Shown piece by piece: positions 1-15,168 of a stretch of 64,000 bases of DNA. Both the position numbers and the translations under genes were made by a program. Origin of the DNA: Octopus vulgaris (taxonomy: Eukaryota); contig OX597833.1 of the NCBI GenBank assembly GCA_951406725.2, forward strand, positions 25,916,001 through 25,980,000, in the 5' to 3' direction. Position 1 is the first letter of the stretch; each line of letters starts with the position of its first letter. The notes below the pieces were generated by a model, which made no database searches, was not told where the DNA came from, and was given only the letters and a program-made list of their open reading frames with translations.

Positions 1-3000
1 GTACAGAAGCGGAGACAAGGGACGCTCTTGACGAACAGAACGCTTGAACGAAAACAGCTCCGTTAGATAGCCGTTTATCTAGACTGTGGACTTGACGCCG
101 CTGTGCATAGCGGAGATCCACCCGCGAAAGCCAGGGCCGCGCCCAGCCACTTCGAGGATCGCCCCCAGGTACCGATGGTCTACATTATCGAACGCTTTAC
201 TCTGGTCTAAATGGACCAATGCCCCTCCTTTGCCGGCTAATTTCCCAACCATATTTAAGGTGTAGCCGAGAAGGTGAAGATTATCCTGGATCGATCTGCC
301 TGGGATTGCACATATCTGAGCCTTCCCGACAAGTTTCTCCACGACAGCCGTCAAACTTTTTGCTAACACCTTGGCCAAAATATTTAACTCTACATTAAGT
401 AGAGTTATGGGCCTATAATTACAGATACGATCCTCCATTGCTCGAGTCTTTCTGGACCAGCGTCACAACTCCCCGGCTCGTAGGGATGGGAATCCTCCCA
501 TTCTGTTGCCAGTTTGCATAGACACCTGTCAGTATCTCCCCGAACAAGTCCGGCATACAACGATAAAAATCATAGGGCAGACCATCTAGCCCCGGTGCAC
601 TCGGCCAGCATCTCTCTTACCTCCGCGGGAGTGATCGGTCCTTCACAGTATTCAGCCTCACGTGCCGAGAGTAGCGGCCGACCAGCTAGAAAGTCCTTTA
701 AGGACTCCTCCCGCTCAAGCGGACCACTCTTCTCGAACAACCGAGCGAAATGCTGCTAAAAGACTTTCTGCATCTCCTTCTGTTCATAGATCTTGCGTCT
801 CTGTCCGTTAAAGATTTTATAGAGGACTCTCTGACTCTCCGCCAGACGTGCCCATGCGGCAACATTAATACCTTCTCGTTTCCCTGCACATAGCTTAGCT
901 CTGACTCTGCAAACTTCATGCTTGGCGTTGAGGTGACGGTACACGGCTGTTCTCGCTGCCAACACTCTAGATGCAGAACCAGATTCCATTGCCTCGTCTA
1001 AGTTCTTAACTAAATCGCCTTCTATTCTAGTCCTATCTAAACTTGGCTGTTTACTAAATCTAATGGACTCCAAACGGATGGCTCTTTTGAGGGCGTGCCA
1101 CCATCTATTGTTAATGATGGTGCCACATAATGCCCTCTGAACTAACACCTTAATCCGGGTACGGAAAGCTTCACAAGTCAAAATAGACTTGTTCATTTTC
1201 CAATATCCGGGTCCCTGTCTATGACATTTATCTATATGTACCTCACACGTGACTAGTTTGTGATCTGCGTATGGCACAATACAGAATTGTGGATAACTAA
1301 CACTATTCTTATCTCTTTCTTTTATAAATACCCTGTTGGTAACGGTCTACTAGATTATAGCTCCCTAGTAGACACTTGAGGCAAGGATTCCCTTTCCTAT
1401 CAGTTGAGCCCACACTATCGTCCCGTGCATCGAGGATAGTATTGAGGTTCCCTACCAAAACTAACGTGTTGGACGTCACTAGAAAGTGCTCCAGGTCCCG
1501 GTAAAAACTAGACTGCCTACACTCCTTAAAGTCATAGACAGCTACCAGCATGAAGGACAGCTTACTGACATGAGTCACATCCAGGACAACCAGCCTGCCT
1601 TCTGGGTCCAGAAAGACAGTACTTATCAGTAAGTCCAAGTTCTTCCTGATAAGAACTGTCACACCTGTACCTCCTCCTCAGCTATGAGAAATAAATTTCT
1701 TGTAACCACTCAGAAGAAGCGAGAACGCTTGAGGTCCACTCATCTTGGACTTGATTACAATAGCCACATTTATTCTATGTGTCGTGAGATCGTTCAGGAA
1801 ACAAGCCTATTTCCATCTTGATCCCATTCCACGCACATTTAAACAAGCTAACTTAATCATCAAAGAAAGAAAAATAAATTACTTACGGTTATGAGAGGGA
1901 GCATGGCAGTTTATGTTTGCATGCCTCCCCAGCACTCCTCGTAGTTGCTGGGATTTTCACCGACGTTGCCACCGGGCTCTGGGTTGGAGTGGCTGCCGGG
2001 CTGATAACCAGCTTCCCAGCTATCACCTCCTGGGTTACATCTTTGATTAGGTTGTTTTCAACATGTTCTTGGAGGAGCTTTCCTTTCCACTCCTCCTCTC
2101 CGACTTTGGCATAACGAGTGTCAGACTCTTTGTCAGTCCCAACCATATCTAAGGTGTAGCCGAGAAGGTGAAGATTATCCTGGATCGATCTGCCTGGGAT
2201 TGCACATATCTAAGTGACGTTCATCCGCTGATCTTGCAACAAACAAAGTAACTAGTTCCGAACTCTCTATATATCCCACGATTGTTTGCTTTAATAAAGC
2301 GTAACACCATTTCATTTTTAACCTTAAACGAGATAATCTTGAAGGGGTTTTTTGAGACTTTTTAGCGTTGGGGGTGGGGTTTATTGAAAATGTAGTTTCA
2401 GCTGGGTGGGACTGGCGAATGTTTTGGCGTTGTTCGCTGGTGTTTGTAGTTTTTCTTTTTTGTTTGGGGAGGGGAGTCCGGGGTGCTTTCTTTTTTCCGT
2501 TTGTATGTAACTGTTGTGTAATCCATATTTACTTGTTCATTTTCTTTTGTTTGTTTTTTCTTCTTCCTTTTGTTCTTCATTCTGTGTTTAATTTTGTTTC
2601 TTTCTATCCATCTGTTTTTCGGTTTGCCTTTTCCCCGTTATTTTCATTTGTTAGTGTTGCGTTCTCCTGTTTCTTTGTGTTTTTGTCTACGTTTTCGGGA
2701 GGGACCTCAACTGTTTCTTCGTGCAGGTAGAGCGAACGTGGCCCTTCTGCCCGCACTTAAAACACCAGGGCTTACGTCCCTCCACCGACACACGAATTGT
2801 ATGCCCCTCCCCCATGAAGACTCTATCGGGCAAATTTTCTAATGTTTGGTTATCGGCTTGTATGACCATTTCCAGTATTTGTCCTCTCCAGTTTGTCGGT
2901 TCCTTTTCCCTCATGCTCAGGATGATTAGTTTCCCTTCGATGTCAAATATTACTGCCGCCGCTACCCACATGACTTCGTAACCAACAGGTATTTCCTCAA

Positions 3001-3860
3001 CCGTCACTTACGCCGTTCGCCGACCCAAATACCTTGGCAGCAACATAATCTCTTCGCTCTTCAATGTTCGAGTCAAATTCCCTTTGCTACGTTAGCCGAT
3101 TCGAAATGTGATTCTATTGTAGCACTTCTTACACCTCGGCTAACGTAGCGAATCTTGTTCTATACTGGTGTCATGCACCGTTCAACTATTTCATTTTTTA
3201 CTTCGGTGATTCTTTTTTTTCTTTATACTATATATTTTGTAGACGACAGTTTTTTCTTGAATTGCTTGAACAGTTTCCGGGGGTGGTATTAACTTAGTTT
3301 CTTCTCCAGTTTTTTCAATTAATTTTCTGAACTGGAAGAGCTTCTCCATGGCTACTTCCAGTTCGACGACATTGCCACCTACAGCGACCGAAAAGATTTC
3401 TTTTTCCTGGGTATCCTTTTTTATTTCCGTTGTTGTTTTTACTTCCTCCCATCTCGGAAAAATCATTCTTGGACGTGAGGTCGTACTCCATAATGTAGAA
3501 CTTGTCTCAAAAGATAAGAAAACCTTGTCGCAAATGACGAGAGAAAAAATTCCAAAATAACCTGTAATGGTTAACAGTTCACAGAAATTCAGAAATTTTC
3601 TGCCCCGTGGGTTGAAAATTACTGTTTGTCAAAGACAACAGTTCAAATCAACGTACAGAATACAATAACAAAAAGCATCGAGAGAAACGAGCTCACGTAA
3701 GGATTGGGTAGGAAATGAAAATATTGACGCACAACTGAGGAAAAAAATGAGGCTGCTAGAGGTGGCAGTCATTCGCCCCAACTCGCAATATATAAAAAAT
3801 AAGTGACGTTCATCCGCTGATCTTGCAACAAACAAAGTAACTAGTTCCGAACTCTCTATA
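1..3860 (-). mobile_element. Decayed Tx1/L1-clade LINE (ORF1 with CCHC knuckle; ORF2 APE endonuclease and RT), running off the window edge
   Basis: ORF1 pieces ~3466-1889 with CFKCGQKGHVRSTC; ORF2 from ~1860 MIKLACLNVRG, GRLVVLDV, DHKLV, GPGYWKMN, NYRPITLLNVELNILAK, LDQSKAFDNVDH; several frameshifts and stops. Confidence 0.92.
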
Positions 3861-4129
3861 AAAGATGTAAATAGTAACTCTACTGCAAGGTAATGTTTGT
3901 CGCCACTTCAACAAGGCTGTTCGGTACGGACGGAACAACAATACTATTACTTTCTAACCTCGGGAGAAGGCCTCCTCCAGCTGGTTAACGGCATAATCTT
4001 TGTCCCATCTAGCGATATGACAGGACCACACATACATACATACATACATACATATACATATATATATATGAGTGTGTGTGTATGTGTGTGTGTGTGTGCG
4101 TGTGTGTGTGTGTGTGTGTAGATGTATGT

Positions 4130-4342
4130 TTGTATGTGTTTGTGTGTCTGTGTTTGTCCTCCCAACATCGCTTGACAACCGATGCTGGTGTGTTTCCGTC
4201 CCCTTAACTTAGCGGTTTGGCAAAAATATACCGATAGAATAAGTACTAGGCTTACAAAGAGTAAGTCCTGGAGTCGATTTGCTCGACCAAAGGTGGTACC
4301 CCAGCATGGCCGCAGTCAAATGACTGAAACAAGTAAAGAAAG
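4130..4342 (+). mobile_element. SINE family A, 3' half
   Basis: Matches the 3' half of 62961-63378. Confidence 0.85.
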
Positions 4343-5007
4343 AATTAGATATCATCTACCAATCCTACTTTAGTTATGACATCAACTAGCGTTCATTAAC
4401 GCTCACCGTTAGTATCTTAATCCACTCCTGTCAGTATCGTATTTATTGAAAAAAACATTCGGCTGCTGTAACTTGTAATTATTACTTAATGCTTTTCTAT
4501 TTTGAAAATCGCTGGGTGATACTTAATTGCAGGAATAATCATCGTTAATAAAGTTTCCCGGCTCAATATATTTACATAGGCGATTTCTTACGGCCTTGTA
4601 TTTAGAGTGCAGAAGCTCTCCAGAGGAAATATCCTTCTCCGTTATTTTACCATGTCTATAACAGAACATGTCATCACTAAATACTTATTAAGTGTTGAAG
4701 CATTAAAAGTAAAGAAATAAACTAAAAAAAAAAAGAAGCCTTATCAATACTTTCACAAATTATTCAGTCGTTTTATTTTCGCTCTAAAGCACTAAGATCG
4801 ATTACTTAACGATCTGTAGATATATCCATGAGGATTAATGTTAATATTTGTACAAATCTTTTGTTTGGCAATGCACTAGTTGAACTTAAGCACCGGTAGA
4901 TATTAACCCACATTTGCAAGACCAAATGAAAGTTTATCTAAAAATGCATACTACTGCTGCTACTACTACTGATGCTGCTGCTGCTACTACTCCTGCTGTT
5001 GCTGCTG

Positions 5008-5062
<55 letters not shown>

Positions 5063-5854
5063 CAACAAAATCAACAATAACAATACCACCAACACAAAAA
5101 TTACTATAACAGTAATAGCAGAGATGAAAACGTTTAAAGTCACCAAAAATGGGTGCTAAGGTGTATGTGTCAAAAATCCTGGTGTCGCCGATTAGTACCA
5201 GATCCAATCTTAGTCACATGTGATCAGTCAAAAGACTCCACCTCACGTGCATCTATATATCCCACTCTTAGAGCCACAGTCTTGGTTGAAAAGAGAGGCT
5301 CTGTGCTAGGACTTTCCATATCACCATATTATATCTACAGGTTTTGTCAAATTATTTTCAACTGTTATGGCACCATAAAAATTCTCGTTCTGAAAACCTC
5401 TCCCTCTACCCTATTTCAATGTTTTCCTTCTGTATGATAAAAGAAGTCAGTTCTTGGTGTATGTATGCTTTGCTCATGCTTTCGTCACGGCGTCCGTCTG
5501 CTGGTACTGATTCTGTGTGGCCTTTTGTACGACACGATTATTTTCTTAGCTTTTGCCCTCAACTGCAGCATCTAGCACACTCCATTCGCCAGGTGGATAA
5601 GATCTGGGATCATTTCTACATCCTCTTGTTTGATCTGGAAGGGGATCTCCACTGTAGTCCCAAACCAACACCCTCTCTTCATTCCTGTTATATCACAGAT
5701 GGTATCTCTCCTCTCCAAAACTACACAGACATCATCCACCAGTAGACCAACCCAGACCAAACACTCTCAGTCGCAATACAAACTGACATTTTCTCAAAGT
5801 TTGTTGGGTAGAGCATGAGTAGTAGTAATAATAATAATAGTTTCAAATTTTGGC

Positions 5855-6052
5855 AGAAGGCCAGCATGTTCGTGGGACAGGCTAAATCAATTACACCGAC
5901 CCCAGTGCTCAAGTGGAATTTAGCTTATCTCCCCCGAAATGATGAAAGGCAAAGCCGACCTCCGTGAAATTTGAAATCAGAATGTAATCACGGACAAAAT
6001 ACCGCTAAGAATATTGCTTGGCGTGATAACAATTTTGCCAGCTCGCCACCTT
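5855..6052 (-). mobile_element. SINE family B, diverged
   Basis: Shares head and central domain with 44374-44609. Confidence 0.75.
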
Positions 6053-6099
6053 AGTTATGATAATCATAATAACATCACTATAATAACATAATAAAATAT

Positions 6100-6641
6100 T
6101 ACGCGAAAAGGAGCTGAGAAAATGTCAAAGTACAAAGATCTTGAAATTGAAGTATTCAAGTTGTAATGAAGGTAAAAACAATTTCCGCAATAATTAGCAC
6201 ATTGACTATGACACAAAAAGAATTTAAAGAAAAAAACTAGAGAACAAAAACGTAGAAGCGGAACCCTGCTACGAACAGCCAAGATTCTATGCAATTCATT
6301 AGTAAAACCCAAATGAAAGAATCGACAGATACAAGATATGCTCAGTATAGTAAATACCCCATGAAATAAACAAGCACGCACAACGTGTGCTCTACAGGAC
6401 GGATACTCAACAAAACAACACAACTCGCATTACACACACATCATACAATACAAAATCTAATATAACAAAAGACTCAAGCCAAACCCCATAAACAAAGCAG
6501 TTTGATGCATTACAGTACTGGGAAGAGACTGCACTCCCCTCACGTAAAAAAACAGTAAAGCACAATGTTGCACAGAGCTCAACATCACGGAGCTGTGGTA
6601 GATGATGCAGTAGAATTTTGCCTGAAATTATCAAATGCCAG
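6100..6641 (+). mobile_element. 3' fragment of an R4/Dong-like LINE (restriction-like endonuclease C-terminus)
   Basis: Decayed EKMSKYKDLEIEV...VKTISAIISTL...LLRTAKIL; ends directly in the (TAA)n array. Confidence 0.65.
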
Positions 6642-6932
<291 letters not shown>

Positions 6933-7261
6933 GCAACAACAACAATAATAGTTTCGAAAAACAACTTTGATGAGAAAAAGTCAACCGGAAACCATTACAA
7001 AAGAAAATTCAAAAAAAAAGGAAGAAATGTTAACAAATTAACTCACATAACAAATTTCATCCAAGTTTCCGAATAGATAACGAGGCTCAGCAAACATCAA
7101 ATGACCTTCGACCTGGCACTTTTTCAAGGGTTCCATGAAGCACTGCAACGATTGAAGATATTAATTGTAATAGGTAAAATGTACAAACTATTTTTGCTAA
7201 CCAACGTAAGATTTGTAACTAATAGTACTGTTTATTTCGATCTCTCTCTCTCTCTTCTCTA

Positions 7262-7314
<53 letters not shown>

Positions 7315-7559
7315 TATATTTTATTATTATTTTATTATATTATAGTATATTATATTATATATTATATATTTATTTATTTTTGTATTAAGACTACCATTCG
7401 TTAAGAAAATTATCTTAATATATTAATTTTCAAGTTGTCTCCATTTGTTAATATATTGAGATATTTTTCCTAATATGAAACCAATGGTAGCTCTAATGCA
7501 CAAAGAAATATTATCCCGAATGCGATGCTTAGCATTTATTCTCCTCGTTCGACAGTTAC

Positions 7560-7639
<80 letters not shown>

Positions 7640-7650
7640 GTCTGTCTCTC

Positions 7651-7719
<69 letters not shown>

Positions 7720-8782
7720 TAGAGTAGTCTTGCACGATAAAAATTGATATCTCTTTCAACAGGAGTCGCTAGACATATTTTCTCAATCTTTTTGATTCAA
7801 CCTTCAATGATTTAATATATTCTACTAACTTTTCCAAGATAAACAGGCTCCTGCCTTTACCAAAGCATATTTTAATGTATAATTAAAACCGAGAAGATGA
7901 TTATGTGAATAAACAATAACTATGTCATCTGTTATTTACATCTGTTTCGTAAACGGAAACTGAGCACATCATCTTAATGTTGCTTCGCAATTCTTTATAT
8001 GTAATTATGCATTTAAAGTAGAAGTCACCTTTCGAGATCCTAACTGTTGCTTTTAGCAGGTTGATAGATCACTTCAGCATCACGCTGCATCACAAAGTGA
8101 TGGAAAATGATGACACTATAAATCGAACATGTAATACAGTGGCACTTATTTACAATTTTTGCATCTAGTTCCAGTTAGCCCAGATCGAACGGATCTATAA
8201 CCATATGCATTCCATCTATAGCTGTTGCATCCTTCTATTCTCTGCATATCTTTGGCTACTCCTATATATCATTCGAGTTTTAAAGAAAGTATAATACGAC
8301 TTTATGTCATTACGTGAAGTCACTACTTGGTGATATGTAAATATATATGATAGAATGAAATTGTGTCGCTTCACAAAAGTGAAGCAAAATGCATGAAGAA
8401 AACGCATATCTAGAAAGATGAAAGAGGAGGCTTTCAATTCATCAAACACACAAACTAAATAGGAAAAAACAAACTTTTTTCTGTGAGCATTTTAGCATAT
8501 TGGCTTTTGAAAATTGATGAAAGAATCACAACGAAACTGATGAAAAAGTATTTTACGACAATAAATATTCATGAAGAAATGTTGATGATCAATCAGGCAC
8601 ACACATTATATAAAAGAGCGCACATATTTTTTAAAGTTATCTAAATATTAAATGTATATGGGAATGTTGTAAGTGTTTTGTAAAATAGAGGGTGATCAAA
8701 ATATAAGGAAAAATGAATGTAATAAAATATGAAAGAGGATGCTAACAAATTGTAACGTGTTAGTTTACATACGTGTACATAC

Positions 8783-8935
8783 GTGTTTTAAAACCATAAG
8801 ATGATCGACTAAGAATATAACTTCACTCTTGAAAAGTTCCCATACTGCTTCTCTGCGTTTCAGCTCCTTGCACGATAGCCGTAATGGATCTGCATCTGTG
8901 TCTGGAGACGCGATCAGATCAGACCAATGAAGATT
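8783..8935 (-). CDS. PLEKHG7: Exon encoding the start of the DH (RhoGEF) domain, PLEKHG7-like
   Basis: ttattctag|AAT...CAC|gtatgt; 153 nt, phase 0 to 0; NLHWSDLIASPDTDADPLRLSCKELKRREAVWELFKSEVIFLVDHLMVLKH matches the first DH helix and resembles PLEKHG7 WELFTSECTYFLDHLLVLK (recalled, not searched). No further DH exon was found in the window. Confidence 0.85.
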
Positions 8936-9559
8936 CTAGAATAAATAAATTAATCAAATTAATCAATATAAAAAATATACAAGCACAAATTTCAACATAG
9001 ATATCAATGTAATAATATATTTGTTTACTTTTGGACTTTGGACTAATTCTGTTCATAAAATCATTTATAAGCGATAACTTATTTGTATTTAGCTTTATTT
9101 TTGAGGCAAAGCGCTTCTTACATCATCCCGGGAGTTTAACAGGATGCTATTTCGTGATAAGGTGATTTTTCCCAAACAAGAAATTAAAAGTGATTACCGC
9201 AAACCAAAGTGTAATTTCTTTATGTTAAAACGCGGCGGCAGTTTTCTCAAAACCGAGAGTTGTATTCTTTACAAGATGAGCGTGAGATATTTGGCTATCT
9301 TGTCAATGAAAACTAACACGTTACAATTTGTCGGTATCCTCTTCCATATTTTATTACATTCATTTTCCTTACATTTTCATCGTAAAATTTTCTAGTATTT
9401 ATTTTCCTATATCTTACTGATTTAACTGTAGTTGCTAACACAATTTATTGTCAAATTTATTTTGATGAAATATCGTTTGATATTTCCTACATGTTCCTAG
9501 GGAAAAAACCTAATAACCTAATGATTTAATATTACTCTGGATTCTGTATTAGCCAAAGA

Positions 9560-11280
9560 CACTTCAAACAACTTTTTACTCAATCCATCATGTAACCTGT
9601 ATCATTTGCTTCCCTCCTGGATCAGCAGAATCACATAAACCCATGAATGAAACCTTCCAAGTAGGAATTAACCACATTCCACCAACAACTCCTAGCTCTC
9701 CTCTAGCGGTATTAGTAGAAAAAATCCCATGGCTTATGGAACTCGGAGAAAACCGCCCACCTCTACAAACTAAACGGCTTTCACTCATAAGGACACCTTA
9801 TGTGAAACCATCATCAGACTTATTATGAATATTTTCATATCTCGCACATCCACCAGAATTTTTCACACTCAAACTTACGATGCAGCCAATCTTTTTGCTC
9901 CCTCACAAAAAAACTTCCAGCTTTGAGAAATTCTCTTTTCCTTCAATTCTTAAACATGTTGACTCTATGATCAATACAGATGAAGAGATTTCCTCTGCAT
10001 TTCCATCCTGCTTTACATCGATTTCAACAGAGAACACATGAAGTAAATGTCCTCTGATATCCATCTGTTCCACTTCACAAGACTCAATACCAAATATAAA
10101 TGCATGGCATGTAAATCTGCAAATGTTCATCGCAACGTTTTAAACTAACACAGTACTGACAATATCACTTCTATCCTCAAGCACTGCGCATCATAGCAGC
10201 TTTCCCCACAAACATTCCAATCTCCTCCACTCGCTCAGTCTCTTTGTCTGGCTGTGTCTTCCCTCACTCTCTCTCTCTCTTATTCATTCTGTAGAAATAT
10301 ATTCCGACACAAGTCCATGAAAGTATAATAAAGAAATCTATAAAAATAAATCCATAAAAATATAATCACTTCAAACATTGATGCAAAACAAGAACACAAT
10401 ACTCAGACTGGCAAAGGCGATACATTTGTCCTCGGTATTTAACTGATGCCCATTTTCTCGACCCCACTAACGAAAAGAGGTTAAATAGCATTTTGACACG
10501 GAAGGGTTTTGAACTTTGAATCTAGACGGGATTAAGGAAATAACTAGTTTAGAGTATGCTACTGATCCAATCATCATCTTATTTGACTCTGATACTTTGA
10601 AGATGAAGGTCATTAGCAACAACTTAAATGGCTCTCCTTCGAGCATGAGTCAGATTTAATATACCCAGATCTACTGGAGATATATTCTCCACTTCACTCA
10701 TCAATTAATTCTTTCCCTCGAGAATTATTTCGGTAGCAGTGTTATTTTAGGCGGGATTCAACATGTAATTTACCTGGCAAGCTGCCCGCCTATGTGTGCC
10801 CTACAAGGCATATATTTTGGATTTGTGGCGGCTGGTGAGATCGCACTATGTTGGTGTGTGCGGAAAGTGGTTTCTCTGATCTACACCCTATAAACTCTCG
10901 TGTGCCTCAGGTTCAGTTATGCCCAACTACTCTCCTCTAGTTTAATGGCCAACTTTACTTTACGTCCAACAACACAAGCTCTTCTCGTTCCTCTCAAACC
11001 TTCCATATCCACAAGCACCATCCACATACAATTTAGGCACACCATGCCAAATCTGCAGTGATTCCGCGAACGCAGTCCTCTCAAACATCCTTTAATGGAG
11101 TTATGTTAAACTACTCTTTCTCAATAGTACACAGATCACTGCACATTGTAAAGAATATATCTTTACAGTTAACTCTATCAACATGTACAGCACACAACGC
11201 ATTCAAAATAACCTTAAATATTAGATCTCAAAATATGTGGAGATCTCTTCTGGTGAACATATATCCTCAACATTTCTGAG
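9560..11280 (+). mobile_element. Possible highly decayed DIRS/Ngaro tyrosine-recombinase retrotransposon
   Basis: YFGFVAAGEI (~10812) resembles the YR motif FFGFLRxGE; TAHNAFKI and MWRSLLVNIY (~11185-11265) resemble HSFRIG and GRWxSxxxxxY; order and spacing fit but similarity is weak. Confidence 0.4.
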
Positions 11281-12043
11281 ACGAAGTATTAGACTTCTCT
11301 ATTACTTCCGAGCCAGACCTGTTTCAACTCTCAACAACTTTTGATAACATAAAACAGCAAAGGAGTGAGCTACAATAAGGTGCTGCTCCCACATCAGAGA
11401 CTCTGCTGCTACTATACACCGAGATAGTCTAAATCGACCATACCTCCCACCAAAATAAAAGAAAATATATTCAATAAATGAAAATAAAATATAAGTAGTA
11501 AATAAAAATAAAATATAAGTATTAAATAAAAATAAAATATAATCAACAAATAAAAATATTTTAAAAAAAGTAAGATCTCTCGACTGTGGCCATTATGTAT
11601 TTTCTATAGTTTCCACACTACCATTTGCTTCTTGGGGATAAATGGTCTCTTGTCATCTTCTCAGAAAACCAATTTGCACGCTTCTCCGATATTCGTCATC
11701 CACATTTTTATGCTCTTATACTAACAACTAGTCTTCATGAAACTCTTAAATTTCTCTGAAATTGCTGTCATGTACCTGTTACAGAGGAATATGAACAGTG
11801 TCGACTGTTCACTGATATAGAAGATCCTCCGAAGACCATATGCAAAATCCCTTCCCCAGATCAAATCCATAAAAGTATATGCAAAACAAGAACACAACAC
11901 TCAGAGGGGCAAAGATGATACATTTGATCTTGGTATCTAACTGATTCCCATTTTCTCGACCCCACTAACGAAAAGAGGTTAATAGCATTTTGACACGGAG
12001 GGGTTTGAACTTTGAATCTAGACGGGATTAAGGAAATAACTAC
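10381..12043 (+). repeat. Direct duplication of ~165 bp (10381-10546 and 11879-12043)
   Basis: Both copies read atgcaaaacaagaacacaa...ctagacgggattaaggaaataacta. Confidence 0.9.
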
Positions 12044-12655
12044 TTATATCCTATTCTGTTCATTGCATTATCGTTTCAGCCAGCTACTTATATTACACAG
12101 GACAAATAAAGACAACAACTCCGACAACAAATAATCTAATATTTAACTATTTGAAATACAATAAACAGTGGGGAATATATAAATCTTTACTTTTCGTAAT
12201 CTGCACAGAACCAGACGCCATCAGACTTTTTTTCTTTGCTTAACCACAAAAGATCGTAGAAATAATCTGATGACGGCACCAATGGATGATAATGATAATG
12301 AGGAGTAGGTCGAGGAGGAGGAGAACGACGACGACGATGAAATTGACAACGATGATGATGATGAAGTTAATGATGATTGTTATCATGATAATGATGACCA
12401 CCATCACCATGACCATAATGATGACAGCTCTTCCTTTTCAATACACGTGGAAGCAGTTTTATATTTCTTTGGCAATATTTCGTTGATTTTTTTCTCTTCC
12501 CTTCTTTTGAGCTTTCATTGCAAAGAGTCGATTCATCAATATCTTACAAGACTGGTAATCAATTCAGATCAATTATTATTGTCGTTGTTGTTGTCATCAT
12601 TATAATTTTTATTATTGTTGTTGCTATTGTTGTAGTTGTTGTTGCTGTTATTATC

Positions 12656-12702
<47 letters not shown>

Positions 12703-14874
12703 CAACAGCAGCAGCAGAAGCAGTAATGTCAGGTTCATCGTCATTATCCTCCTCCTCCTTATCATCATAATCATCATCATTGTCGTCGTCGTCGTCATCA
12801 TCGTCGTCATCATTATCCTCTCATCTCCATCATCATGTTCACCCCAGCCTCAAAACGAATAAAGAAAGCAAAAATATCTATTGACTCAAAGAACAATCAT
12901 AATATCAGTCAGAAACTTGACCCATACGCCTCTTTTGTCTAATTACTAAGCTGCAGTGTTTATATTTTTTGCAGAAATCGCAATCAATCAATCAATCCCC
13001 CAAACAATACCTACCTACTCACCAACCAACTTACCTACCTAAATGCCTCCCTCCTTCCCTACCTATCTATCTACCTACTTACCTACACACACACACGCCC
13101 GCACACATATTTGACAGAAGCAACACAATCTTTCATTAAATAAATAGAGATATGAACACCACAAAGTAAAAGATAAAAGGGAAAACGAAAGAATAAAAAG
13201 CACAACGACTATACAATTTTTCTAAATGTGTTTATATTTTCTTGGTTTCTTCTTTTACGACTATTAAATCAATGTATGTTTATCTGGGCAGCACATTGCT
13301 GTGCGGAGACGGTAGAGTGTCGGATATAAAATGACTTACACTTATTTATGTATGTCTCTTTATATTTCTGAATTCGTATTTTATGTGGGCTGACTTTGTC
13401 TTGTCATCCATTGAACATCGATAAAATAAATATTACTCATGTATTCGGGTCGATTAACTTGACAGTAGATTCTTCAAATAAACGATTGTGCGTGGACGTC
13501 TTCCCATATCCTAAACCGTTATTATAATCGGCCTTATACACTTACACTCTGTTAACATGTGACCTTGTACCAAAGCTAAGGATCAATATTTTTGTATATA
13601 TTAAACATACGTCGTGGTTTTACGTTAGTGTTAAGTTGTAGTTAAGAGAGAAAAGTAATTGAATATTGTTAGGTAAACGCGATTAATAATATATATTCAA
13701 AGCTGAGTCTGAGTAGCCACACAGAATTTCTCAGGCTTGCACCTGAAAACTGGTAATGAGAAAATTCGAGTAGACTCCAAATAAATGATATACTGAAAGT
13801 AGAAATATAGCAGAAATGACAGATCCTTCCACAATGTGTTTTGCAGATTTAATGTGTTTCTTAGCTCAAATTTCATCAGGTTCTTTTGATGCTGAATTTA
13901 ATTTCTTCCCTTTCACATCTACAGTTCAATGTGAGAGTATCCATGCGATAGATCATCGCTAGAAGTGATTAATCAACTCTGTGAGGTTTGTTTGATTCCT
14001 AGTAGAAGACATCTCGCTCCAACTACGCGGATAAATATTTAGATAATATCACGGTTTCGTGTTTCTACCCATTTCAAGTTTAGGAACATTTTTTTACCGA
14101 TTTACAAAGGTCATACTATTTCGGAAATTTGGTACGCCTTTTATTGTCCTAAATTGGGTACTGTAATGAATCTCCGTTCTTTGCCTTTATCTATTTATAT
14201 ATTTACAATTCTATAAAATGTACTTCAAATCACTCCGTGAAAAATGTATGGTGATAGCATTTATGAATTTCTACGTAAAACTTGCTACTACACTACTTCC
14301 GTGTAATTCTCTACAAAATGGAAGTAAGTTTTACATAGAAACTCACATTCAAATGGTTCAATGTGACATACCAATCATTTGTTTTCCCCATTATCTATTT
14401 CACAATTTCTTCGGATTTCATTCACACTGAATATAATTTTCTTTCTTGTCATCGGCAAGTAAGAGAGGGAGCGTCCACAGGATCGAGTGATCCGACAGAA
14501 ATAGCGAGTCACCTCTGTAAGCTTTGGACAATTCTTACTTTGTTTTACTTACACCAGTAATGCGATTAAAATCACAGCTTCGTGTGCATGTATCCCTATA
14601 GAATCTGCTCATCCTTCTCAACAACACTTTTGCTGTGTTTTTCCAGAGAGTAAATGAGACATCAGAAATTACAGAATTTCATGGCATATTTTCATAACCT
14701 AAGCGCAAGCCATGGAAATTGATCCTTAAGTGTCGATAATGTGATTGATTGGGTTATTCTGTAAGAATACGTCTAGTTGGTAACACAAGTATTTACAGTT
14801 AATTTTTAAATAGACGACTTAAATATAATTATCTGAACTAAAATGCTCGTAAAATGTGAAATTTTAAGTTTACT

Positions 14875-15100
14875 GTTTTACTCTTTTACTTGTTTCAGTC
14901 ATTTGACTGTGGCCATGCTGGAGCACTGCCTTTAGTCGAGCAAATCAACCCCAGGACTTATTCTTTGCAAGCCTAGTACTTATTCTATTGGTCTCTTTAG
15001 CTGAACCGCGAAGTTACGGGGACGTAAACATACCAGCATCGGTTGTCAAGCAATGTTGGGGTGGGGGACAAATACAGATACACAAGCATACACACACACA

Positions 15101-15168
<68 letters not shown>

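Noticed and set aside
4540-4660. Next DH-domain exon
   Set aside because: An acceptor-like site is present but the translation does not resemble the DH continuation.
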